A stretch of DNA of 64,000 bases. Source: Paenibacillaceae bacterium (GTDB lineage: Bacteria; Bacillota; Bacilli; Paenibacillales; UBA4045). Made by a program: the position numbers and the translations under genes. Below are positions 29,404 to 37,708 of the stretch, one piece after another. The DNA is taken from the NCBI GenBank assembly GCA_040880185.1, contig JBBDIY010000044.1:12970-76969 (forward strand), given 5' to 3'. The notes beneath the pieces were generated by a model that was given only the letters and a program-made list of their open reading frames with translations, did not search any database and was not told the DNA's origin. Within the stretch, counting starts at the first letter, position 1. The number at the start of each line of letters is the position of its first letter.

Positions 29404-30802
29404 TCAGACGTTGAACACTGCGGAACACGTACATTTTATCGGTATTGGCGGATATGGGATGAGTGCGATAGCAAGAGTTCTTCTGGAGATGGGCTATCAC
29501 GTATCAGGATCAGATGTGATGGCGCAAGAATTAACGGATAAGCTAGTTGCCAAGGGAGCCCAAGTCTATATTGGACACGAAGCGGCACATGTAGAAGGCG
29601 CTAACATGGTCGTATATTCCACAGCTTTATCCAAGGATAATGTCGAGATGATTGCTGCTAAGCAACTTAGAATTCCAATTATTCATCGAGCAGAGATGCT
29701 GGCTACGATTATGGATGCTCGTAGAGGCATCGCAGTTGCAGGAGCCCATGGTAAGACGACAACATCTTCGATGATTGCCCTTGTGATGGAGGAATGCGGA
29801 TTAGATCCAACCTATATTATAGGTGGAGAAATTATGAATGTAGGGAATAATGCCAAAGCCGGTAAAGGTGAATATGTGGTAGCTGAAGCCGATGAGAGTG
29901 ATGGTTCTTTCCTGAAGTACCACCCAGAACTAGCAATCGTAACGAATATAGAAGCCGATCACTTGGAGAATTACGATGGTGACTTTGCCAATCTTGTAAT
30001 AGCTTACGGAACATTCCTCAGTCAGATCAAGCCAGGTGGTAAAGCGATAGTATGCTATGACGATGAGCATCTTAGGAATTTGCTACCCTTATTAACAGGA
30101 AAATCGATATCCTATGGCTTCGCAGAAGGAGCAGATTATCGGGCAGATAACCTACAATTAGGTGACCGTGTATGCTCGTTTGATATTATAAAAGGACAAG
30201 ACCATATTGGTCTTGTCGAATTGACTGTTCCCGGTAAGCATAATGTATATAATGCGCTCGCTGCTGTGATTACTTGTCTGGAAGCGGGCCTCACGATTGA
30301 ATCGATTACCAAGGCCATAAAGTTATTCAGAGGAGCCAAGCGACGTTTTCAAGTTCTTGGTGACATCGATGGTATTCTGGTTATTGATGACTATGCTCAT
30401 CACCCTACGGAGATTGAAGCTACAATTGCTGCATCTAGATCAACGGGTAAACGGATTATTGCCGTATTCCAGCCACAGCGGTATACACGAACCTACTTCT
30501 TGTTGGAGCAATTCAGTCGAGCTTTCTCGGAAGCGGATGAAGTGATTATCACAGATATTTATTCGCCAGCAGGCGAGAAGAGGATTGAAGGGGTTACATC
30601 AGCCAAATTAGTTGAACTCATTCGGCAGAACAGTAATTCGAACGTTATCCATATCCCGACTAAGGAAGAGGTTAAGGCATATCTAATTGACCACGTTCGT
30701 AGTGGAGATTTGGTGCTAACTATGGGTGCGGGGGATATTTGGAAAACCGCAGAGGGTCTGTCAGCGGAGTTGCAAAGTCGCGTGGATGTAGCGCAGTCTT
30801 AA
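29387..30802 (+). CDS. murC: UDP-N-acetylmuramate--L-alanine ligase
   Basis: HFIGIGGYGMSAIARVL N-domain, GAHGKTTTSSM P-loop, DDYAHHPTEI. The start is uncertain: GTG 29387 or TTG 29411. Confidence 0.85.
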   Translation: MKKAGDQTLNTAEHVHFIGIGGYGMSAIARVLLEMGYHVSGSDVMAQELTDKLVAKGAQVYIGHEAAHVEGANMVVYSTALSKDNVEMIAAKQLRIPIIHRAEMLATIMDARRGIAVAGAHGKTTTSSMIALVMEECGLDPTYIIGGEIMNVGNNAKAGKGEYVVAEADESDGSFLKYHPELAIVTNIEADHLENYDGDFANLVIAYGTFLSQIKPGGKAIVCYDDEHLRNLLPLLTGKSISYGFAEGADYRADNLQLGDRVCSFDIIKGQDHIGLVELTVPGKHNVYNALAAVITCLEAGLTIESITKAIKLFRGAKRRFQVLGDIDGILVIDDYAHHPTEIEATIAASRSTGKRIIAVFQPQRYTRTYFLLEQFSRAFSEADEVIITDIYSPAGEKRIEGVTSAKLVELIRQNSNSNVIHIPTKEEVKAYLIDHVRSGDLVLTMGAGDIWKTAEGLSAELQSRVDVAQS

Positions 30803-31063
30803 ATTGTAATAAACATAAGCTAAACTGCTTAACATAGCATTCTTGGAGGAATTCGTTTACGTGTCTACCCGTAGACTGAACCTACAAGGATGCTTTCGTC
30901 ATTATATATGACTATATGAGTATTAAATGTTACTACTAATTATCTAGTAATGGCTTATTCTAGGTCTTAAGTATGATTTGAGTGACATACAAAAAGGAAT
31001 TTTCGCAATGATGTAGAATTAGATAGCACAGACATGTTAGATAAGCTGCATTGGGGGGACATC

Positions 31064-32227
31064 ATGAATCGAAGGATGCAAATGAAAGCTTTAATCGGGC
31101 AGGAGAAACGTGCTGCTAATTTGTTTGTGATCTTGCTGCTGTCTGTTATTTTTGTTTCAGACGTATTGTTTGTTACTTTTGTTCCAAATGAAGTTGGTTT
31201 TTGGTTATTAACTCCATACATTTTTTTATATTTACTTATACCCATTGTCTTTATTATGAATAAAAGGCAGAGTCCAAGATATATAAAATATATTTTCTTC
31301 TTTATATTTATTGTCGTTTGTCTAATAAATGAAATCGTTTTATTTTGGGAAAGCCCTAATTATCAGGGTGGATCAGTTGTAGAGATGTTTTTCATTCTTT
31401 TCTCTCCGATTTTTATTAATAAGAGATATTACTGGACTGTTACTTTAGGGGTTATATCGAAATATGTCATAGTTGGTCTTCTGCTTCAAACAATGACGGC
31501 AATTTGGGCTATGTTAACTATGTTGGTTTTGGCACTAGTTGCCTTTATTATTCTGAATCGATTCATTGGATATATTGAAGCCATGAACAATTCATATCTT
31601 AAGCAGTTTGAGGGTGTTGTTAAAGGTATTGTCTCGACTCTGGAATTGAAAGATCCATATACCCGGGGTCATAGCGAACGCGTCGCAGAATATGCGGTGA
31701 TTTTGGCTGAATCACTAAGTTTTTATGGACAAGACGATTTAAAGTTGATTTCTTATGCTTGCCTGCTGCATGATGTCGGGAAGGTGCATACTCCCGACTC
31801 TATTCTGACCAAACCTACATTGCTTACCGACGAGGAGTACACGATCGTCAAGAAACATCCAATCGTTGGAGCAAATGCCATAAAAGATATTGAGGGTATG
31901 GAACTTTGCTTGGATATCATCTTGTACCATCATGAACGTTGGGATGGAAAAGGTTATCCAGAAGGATTGAAAGAAATGCAAATTCCATTAACTGCAAGAA
32001 TTACAGCGATTGCAGACTCGTTTGATGCAATGACGAGCCATCGTTCATATCGCGGTGCAATGTCGGGGGAACAAGCATATGAACAGATCGTTAATGGAAG
32101 AGGAAAACAGTTTGATCCTGCATTAGTTGACCACTTTCTAAATATATTCCCACTTTGGACAAGTATTTTGGAGAAAAAGCGGGAGTATACTGAAGAAGTT
32201 ATCCAAAAAGTGGCCGAATCAAGTTAA
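31064..32227 (+). CDS. HD-GYP domain protein (putative c-di-GMP phosphodiesterase) with an N-terminal six-TM membrane domain
   Basis: The C-terminal half has HSERVAEY, LLHDVGK and HHERWDGKGYPEG (HD-GYP signature). The first ~180 aa are six hydrophobic helices with no recognisable soluble sensor domain. GGGGGGA precedes the ATG at 31064, within ORF 31034..32227. Confidence 0.85.
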   Translation: MNRRMQMKALIGQEKRAANLFVILLLSVIFVSDVLFVTFVPNEVGFWLLTPYIFLYLLIPIVFIMNKRQSPRYIKYIFFFIFIVVCLINEIVLFWESPNYQGGSVVEMFFILFSPIFINKRYYWTVTLGVISKYVIVGLLLQTMTAIWAMLTMLVLALVAFIILNRFIGYIEAMNNSYLKQFEGVVKGIVSTLELKDPYTRGHSERVAEYAVILAESLSFYGQDDLKLISYACLLHDVGKVHTPDSILTKPTLLTDEEYTIVKKHPIVGANAIKDIEGMELCLDIILYHHERWDGKGYPEGLKEMQIPLTARITAIADSFDAMTSHRSYRGAMSGEQAYEQIVNGRGKQFDPALVDHFLNIFPLWTSILEKKREYTEEVIQKVAESS

Positions 32228-32244
32228 TAAAGGAGGTGAGATTT

Positions 32245-32307
32245 TTGAAAATCCGTAAACTAAATAAAATTGTGCCTACTTGTATCTTTTTCTGGTGCAG
32301 ATGGTAG
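32245..32307 (+). CDS. Unannotated 20-aa peptide ORF MKIRKLNKIVPTCIFFWCRW (candidate pheromone/RiPP precursor)
   Basis: SD AAAGGAGGTGA (32229-32239) lies 5 nt before the TTG at 32245. The ORF ends in three consecutive in-frame TAG codons (32305-32313) and is followed by a hairpin. It lies between two co-oriented genes with 17-nt and 73-nt gaps. Confidence 0.4.
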   Translation: MKIRKLNKIVPTCIFFWCRW

Positions 32308-32319
32308 TAGTAGAAAAAG

Positions 32320-32340
32320 GGAGGGCACATAGTGCTCTCC
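32320..32340 (+). terminator. Hairpin after the peptide ORF (possible partial terminator/attenuator)
   Basis: GGAGGGCAC-ATA-GTGCTCTCC is a 9-bp stem with one G-U pair. It is followed by the T-rich but imperfect tract TGATTGTTAT. Confidence 0.4.
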
Positions 32341-32380
32341 TGATTGTTATAGTAAATTTCTCAATGTGGAGGTACTTTTT

Positions 32381-33574
32381 GTGATTCGTACAAGCGATAA
32401 GTTGGTACTAAAACTAGTACCCCATCGGATTACCTCTGACAAAGATCATTACATTGTTGAACATTTATCAACTGGAGAATTCTACGAGATGCCTCGACCT
32501 GCTATCGAAGCAATGGAAGCTCTTGGAAAAGGAACTCCTCCTGAACAAATCGAGTTGGATTTGATAAAAAAATATCCAGATGAAGAGATTAATATGATGG
32601 ATTTCCTTTCTCAACTCAAGGATATGGGTTTCTTGGTTGATGATGAAGATGAATTTTCATACAAAGGAAACGAACTTGAACAGAAAAAGGATAGAGAGGC
32701 CGTAATCGTTATCGGTTCAAGAATTGGTCAATTTCTATTTCGTAGGCAGGTTATCCCTGTATATGGGGTTCTTTTTTGTGTTAATATTGTGTACTTTATC
32801 TGTCGTCCGGATCTATTCCCGCAGCCACGTGATTTGTTCCCCTTCCATTCAATGGTGCTGAGTATTGTAGTTTCTTTAATTGCATCAGTAACACTTCTCG
32901 CCATTCACGAAAGTGGACATGTTATCGCTGCGAGAACATCTGGTTTGTCATCTTCAATCCGCATAGGCCACAGACTATTGTTACCCGTCATCGAAACACA
33001 AATGCTGACAATTTGGCGTCTTCCTCGCGGGAGAAGGAATATTCCATTATTAGCGGGTTTATTTGTGGATCATACAATATTGTTCACATCATTGTCGGTT
33101 CTGATCTTCGTTCCATCACTTTCTCCGACTCTGCAAGGAATACTTGGGATGGTCGTTCTGCAACTCATTCTGATGTCACTGTATCAATGTATGTTCTTTA
33201 TGAAGACGGATTTGTACTATTTAATTCAGAACGCTTCTGGAAGCTATAATCTATTAGAAAACGCAGAGGGATGGCTAAAGGAAAAACTCCCTTTTGTCCA
33301 ACGGCAGAAAACGACTGTCATTTATGAGAAGGAACGAAATATCGTACGTGGTTATGCTATGTTTTATATTCTAGGTTTGTTATTTAGTGCGGTTGTCTTC
33401 GTATTCTACGTTATCCCACAATTTATGTATTCCTTCGCTATTTCCTTCGATCGCTTAATGAATCCATCGCCCACCTCCATGAAAGCCGATGCTATCATCT
33501 TTTTCGCTCAGTTTATTGTTTATGTAGGCGTATTAATGTTTAGCTGGAGTAAGAAATTCACACAACCCCAATAA
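32381..33574 (+). CDS. PqqD/RRE-like N-terminal domain fused to a polytopic HExxH membrane metalloprotease-like domain (M50-like)
   Basis: The N-terminal ~85 aa (LVPHRITSDKDHYIVEHLSTGEFYEMPRPAIEAMEALGKGTPPEQIELDLIKKYPDEEINMMDFLSQLKDMGFLV) has the PqqD pattern: beta strands, then a winged helix ending in a FL..L...G.L pattern. About 6 TM helices follow, with AIHESGHVIAA in the membrane. GGAGG lies 8 nt before the GTG at 32381. Confidence 0.6.
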   Translation: MIRTSDKLVLKLVPHRITSDKDHYIVEHLSTGEFYEMPRPAIEAMEALGKGTPPEQIELDLIKKYPDEEINMMDFLSQLKDMGFLVDDEDEFSYKGNELEQKKDREAVIVIGSRIGQFLFRRQVIPVYGVLFCVNIVYFICRPDLFPQPRDLFPFHSMVLSIVVSLIASVTLLAIHESGHVIAARTSGLSSSIRIGHRLLLPVIETQMLTIWRLPRGRRNIPLLAGLFVDHTILFTSLSVLIFVPSLSPTLQGILGMVVLQLILMSLYQCMFFMKTDLYYLIQNASGSYNLLENAEGWLKEKLPFVQRQKTTVIYEKERNIVRGYAMFYILGLLFSAVVFVFYVIPQFMYSFAISFDRLMNPSPTSMKADAIIFFAQFIVYVGVLMFSWSKKFTQPQ

Positions 33575-33595
33575 TAGTAGTTTAAAACATAGAAA

Positions 33596-33620
33596 CCCAC
33601 TCTTCGAAAGTGGGGGAATT
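33596..33620 (+). terminator. Possible terminator
   Basis: CCCACT-CTTCGAA-AGTGGG hairpin followed by GGAATTTT. The T tract is weak. Confidence 0.45.
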
Positions 33621-33803
33621 TTGCTGTCAAATTAATTGTGCATACGTAAATTCATAGAAAGGACGTGAAGTGTTATTAATGGGGATGATTGCATTATTGC
33701 TAGCAATGGGCTTGTGAGCCTCCCTGAATCTATGATAACGGAGGACATACTCAGGGAAGATCTTCAATTTTTAAATAATGAAAATATGATTACGAATAAT
33801 TTA

Positions 33804-34471
33804 ATCTGACTATGCACTTAACTCAGGACTTACCCACTTACAGGGGAATTTCCCGTAATTACGCACCTATCCGATGCATACACCCATTCATATCGAAATA
33901 GGCAAACGAGAATTCATTAAATTGCAAAAGGGGATACTCGCCATTCATTTAGCGTAATGCCGATTCTCTAATGATTCGATTTACCTGCTGAAGGAGGCCT
34001 TTTCGCGTATTTAGTCTACTCCGGTTGCGTTAATTATTTCATTGTAACTGGTCAATAGGCAATAAAGACAACCCCGTTGCGTTAATATCATATCCCCTTA
34101 GCAACATTCGTCTTAAGATCCATCTACATTTACAATTGTCCCCTACAAGTGGGTAAGTCCTGCTTAACTCAGGGAGCAGATTCTGTAACGGAAATAGGAG
34201 CTCTTATTTCGCGAAAACATGCTGTTTTCAAATTCTAACGGAAAGGGGAGCACGTTATTTGATCGCTTGGAACCAGAATGTGCGAAATATTGCAAAATAA
34301 CGTCTCTGGTTTCCGTTACGTTTTTAGAAAGTATGATTTATGGATGATAACGACTCTGTGTTCCGTTAGAGGTATCATGATCATCGAACGCTTTCATCAC
34401 TGTATGCAAAGTCGAATCAGGCCAGATGATGTCCCATTGTCAAAAGTTCTGAGTTAAGTGCATAGTCAGAT
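33804..34471. mobile_element. MITE-like non-coding element (outer) with perfect 23-bp terminal inverted repeats
   Basis: ATCTGACTATGCACTTAACTCAG at 33804-33826 is the exact reverse complement of 34449-34471. No ORF of 60 aa or more lies inside. The flanks are AT-rich (AATTT-like on both sides). Confidence 0.6.
33824..34162. mobile_element. Second MITE-like element (inner, 339 bp) nested in the left end of the outer one
   Basis: The TIRs are CAGGACTTACCCACTTACAGGGG (33824-33846) and the reverse complement of 34140-34162 (21 of 23 match). It is flanked by the 7-bp direct repeat CTTAACT (33817-33823 and 34163-34169), consistent with a target-site duplication. Confidence 0.6.
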
Positions 34472-34693
34472 AATTTTATAGAAATTTACCCTTACCACAG
34501 TAATTTAGTAATCAATTATGAGTAGGTATGAATTTGAAGAATTGTTTGAGGAACTTCCTAAGATAGAAGGGTATAGAGATGATTATGTTCGTGAGTTAGG
34601 TTGGTTTTGGATGAAAAGATATTTGAAAAAAGAATAATCTCATCTTCACCTTCATACTGTTTAAGTAACATGAAGGACAAGGGGAGAGCTCAG

Positions 34694-35935
34694 ATGAGTA
34701 AGGCGCGGATCACATATCGATTTGACCAGGAAACGCAGCGTAAACCGATGGAAGCAGAATTTGTCCAGAGAGATCGGCTTCAGAATTCAGCACCAGCGGC
34801 GGGCAATGTGATTCCATTATATCAGGAAGAGCCAGAATACACGACACGCGATAATGGTGCTTGGCGTAGCCCCTTCGATGCAGAGACTGAACGTATAGAG
34901 CAATTAATTAGAAATTCTGAGATAAGAAAAGATGATGTTGGAGAACAACCGGTTACTGATCGAGGTACACCGACCTTCTATACCGCACCACAAGCTGAAG
35001 AGTCATTCCAGAACGTTAACTTCTATAACGAGCTTCCGGTTCGGGCAACCTATCGAAGAAGAGATAAGAATACCAACTGGTTTAGTATAACTACATCGAT
35101 TACAGGAGCAATCCTGACAGGTATCTTGTTAGGTATGTTCGTGCTGTCCATGTTCAGAGAAGATGCGAATCCTCTGCCAGATTCCAACGGACCATCAACA
35201 GCTGATCAAGGGCTGTCTGCTGTTCTGAATGAATCGGGGGAGCCCATTACTGATTTGAACAAAGGAGATACGACGAGCGGTACTGTGAAAGATTCACCAG
35301 CGTTAACAACGGCTATTATTCCCGAACAAACCTACTATCTCATACAGAATGGTGTATTCTCTACCTTAGAGGGTGCTAATGCAGCTGTGCAACTGTTGAA
35401 AGATATGGGATTATCTGGTGCTGTAAGTCAAGCAGATCAATTCAGTGTATTCGCTGGTGCTGCCTTGGAGCATGAGGATGCTCTATTAATAAGTCATTAT
35501 CTTCAGAATAGTAACTTAGATGTGTTCGCCAAGCCATTTGTTCTTCCATCAGTTCAACAAATATCATGGGCTGGTAAAGATGGTGATCAAATTCAAGGAT
35601 ATTTGGAAGAAAGTCGAAAGATCGTGAAAGTAATACTGAAGACGACTACTGCGGGTGTACAGGATATTAATTCTACCTTGTCAGATTCCGATAAGCAGTT
35701 AATTCAGCAGCAACACAAGCTCTGGACAGGAACCGCTAATCAGCTTGCAGTAGATGCACCAGATGATGTCAAAGCATTAGTCCAGCAGATGAATAAATCG
35801 TTAAACAGTGCTGTCCTCACAATTGAACAGTATGAGAAAAATCCGACAGAAGTTTATTTGTGGCAAGCACAAGCAGCGGTATCTGAACACATAATCGCTC
35901 AAAAACAGTTTATAGATGCCACGAAGCAGCAATAA
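34694..35935 (+). CDS. SPOR-domain membrane protein (SpoIIB-like by position)
   Basis: A single TM helix (WFSITTSITGAILTGILLGMFVL). A SPOR-like segment YYLIQNGVFSTLEGANAAVQLLKDMGLSGAVSQADQFSVFAGAALEHEDA. It occupies the spoIIB slot between folC and radC. SD GGGGAGAG precedes the ATG at 34694, within ORF 34601..35935. Confidence 0.6.
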   Translation: MSKARITYRFDQETQRKPMEAEFVQRDRLQNSAPAAGNVIPLYQEEPEYTTRDNGAWRSPFDAETERIEQLIRNSEIRKDDVGEQPVTDRGTPTFYTAPQAEESFQNVNFYNELPVRATYRRRDKNTNWFSITTSITGAILTGILLGMFVLSMFREDANPLPDSNGPSTADQGLSAVLNESGEPITDLNKGDTTSGTVKDSPALTTAIIPEQTYYLIQNGVFSTLEGANAAVQLLKDMGLSGAVSQADQFSVFAGAALEHEDALLISHYLQNSNLDVFAKPFVLPSVQQISWAGKDGDQIQGYLEESRKIVKVILKTTTAGVQDINSTLSDSDKQLIQQQHKLWTGTANQLAVDAPDDVKALVQQMNKSLNSAVLTIEQYEKNPTEVYLWQAQAAVSEHIIAQKQFIDATKQQ

Positions 35936-35936
35936 T

Positions 35937-37244
35937 TTATTGAACAGATTCATCTTGTAAATTATTCAGAACGATTAATCCATTGTCGCTTCCCAAATAA
36001 CGGGAGATGATCGTTGCTCCTTCTGCACGAGACATCTGACGGTTAGGTGCAAAGGAAGTATCGGTTAACCCATGCACATATCCGAGTTCCTTCATTTTGT
36101 AGACGGAGCTGGCATACCAGCTCTGTTCGGGAACATCAACGAATTGATTTGTAATCAATGTGGGAGTTGCAGATAGGGCTAATTTATCGAAAAGCACGAC
36201 CATCTCAGCTCTGCTGATTGGATCATTCGGACGAATGGTGCCATCTTCAAATCCACTAATTATACCTAATTTCACACCCATATTGATTATAGGATAAGCC
36301 CAATGCTTATCGGTTAGATCTGGATATTGCTTGATCTCCTCAACTTCAATTCCTTCCTCATCGGGTTTTATGGTTTCCTCACCCCCCACATTCTGCCCAT
36401 TTCCCTCGTCTTCCTTGTTATTCATTCCGTTAAGAAGATTATCGAATGAGAAGAGTCTGTCCAGAATTGCAATAAATTCTGCACGTGTCATTTGTTGATT
36501 CGGATGGAACGCCCCGTTGTCTCCCTTTACGATGCCTAATCCTTCAAGTTTAAGAATAGACTCCTTGGCCCAATGATTATGTAGATCATAGAATATTGGA
36601 GGTTGATATTTACTAATACCCTTAGCAATTCCGCTCGCTACAGCAGTTCTGAAACTTTCCGTATCTAATAATCTCGCATCTTCTTTATTAGAGACGAAAG
36701 CAGTTTCAATAAGCACACTTGGCATAATACCATTGCGAACAACGAATACCACACTAGGGACAATACCATGATCGAAGGTGTTAACCTGTAGGATGACATC
36801 ATCTTGAATGCTGCGTGCAAGTGCTTTATTCTCATCTGATAGCAATCTCATCGTTGAGCTTGCCGGATAATTCGCGTTAGGATAAGCATCATCGTAATAT
36901 AGTACAAGTGTCCCGTGAGCACTCTCATTTGGATGTGAATTCGCATGAATCGAGACGAATATATCCCCGCCACTACGATTAGCGAAAGTGACTCGCTCTT
37001 GTAAAGTTAAGTATGTGTCTGTTTCGCGCGTCATTATGGTATCGTAGCCCATATTGTTTAACTCTTGCGCGAGCTTCTTCGAGATATCCAGATTAATATT
37101 CTTTTCCTTCAATCCATTTACGCCAATTGCCCCTGGATCGTGTCCTCCATGGCCTGGGTCTATTACGACTGTCATCGCGTACATCTGACTGGGGAATAAC
37201 AATAAAACGGCCATGCAGCATATGTATATGAACCTTTTTGTCAA
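35937..37244 (-). CDS. N-acetylmuramoyl-L-alanine amidase (amidase_3) with three C-terminal SLH domains
   Basis: A signal peptide, then VVIDPGHGGHDPGA...SIHANS...ETAFVSN amidase_3 motifs. Three SLH repeats follow (HWAKESILKLEGLGIVKG, HWAYPIINMGVKLGIISG, SWYASSVYKMKELGYVHG). Confidence 0.85.
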   Translation of the reverse strand: MTKRFIYICCMAVLLLFPSQMYAMTVVIDPGHGGHDPGAIGVNGLKEKNINLDISKKLAQELNNMGYDTIMTRETDTYLTLQERVTFANRSGGDIFVSIHANSHPNESAHGTLVLYYDDAYPNANYPASSTMRLLSDENKALARSIQDDVILQVNTFDHGIVPSVVFVVRNGIMPSVLIETAFVSNKEDARLLDTESFRTAVASGIAKGISKYQPPIFYDLHNHWAKESILKLEGLGIVKGDNGAFHPNQQMTRAEFIAILDRLFSFDNLLNGMNNKEDEGNGQNVGGEETIKPDEEGIEVEEIKQYPDLTDKHWAYPIINMGVKLGIISGFEDGTIRPNDPISRAEMVVLFDKLALSATPTLITNQFVDVPEQSWYASSVYKMKELGYVHGLTDTSFAPNRQMSRAEGATIISRYLGSDNGLIVLNNLQDESVQ

Positions 37245-37427
37245 TGAAAACCCCTCCTGATCCTTTCTTAACGATAATCATATCGAAAAGTATGCAAGAT
37301 GGGGTCTGGTAAATGTCGGAAAATGTCGTTTGGTTGGTGATTGCTTGATTGTATTGAACAAGGTTAATACGTATAATGGTCATAGAGTATTGATTTGGAA
37401 TTAGGAAAAGATAGGAGATGTGGCTCA

Positions 37428-37670
37428 TTGAAGAAAAACTTTGGACTGCTACTCATTTTCTTGCTAATCGGCTTGTTAACGGGTTCGTTAGTCGCGCATT
37501 TGCTCCTGTCGATTGAATGGATGTCATTCTTTACGAAGTCGATGCCGATTAGCTGGCATCCACAGGCAGATTTGGATTTCCTGGAGTATGATCTTGAGAT
37601 TCAAGTAAGAATAAGTTTACTGAGTATCATTGGTTTAATTGCTGCTTACTGGGTGTATAGAAGAATTTAG
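37428..37670 (+). CDS. Small two-TM membrane protein (DUF4321-like, tentative)
   Basis: An approximately 80-aa ORF upstream of radC with two hydrophobic helices. The start is uncertain: TTG 37428 after GGAGAT, or the ORF start at 37395. Confidence 0.45.
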   Translation: MKKNFGLLLIFLLIGLLTGSLVAHLLLSIEWMSFFTKSMPISWHPQADLDFLEYDLEIQVRISLLSIIGLIAAYWVYRRI

Positions 37671-37708
37671 TATGGCTACTACAATTTAATGATGAAAGAG
37701 GGGAATTC

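Noticed and set aside
30967-31245. 92-aa minus-strand ORF upstream of and overlapping the HD-GYP gene
   Set aside because: It overlaps the HD-GYP 5' end in antisense and has no SD. The AT-rich region gives spurious open frames.
34518-34637. 39-aa ORF MSRYEFEELFEELPKIEGYRDDYVRELGWFWMKRYLKKE right of the MITEs
   Set aside because: No SD precedes the ATG. It has a faint resemblance to the N-terminus of NUMOD4/HNH-type phage proteins and may be a gene fragment, but I cannot support a functional call.
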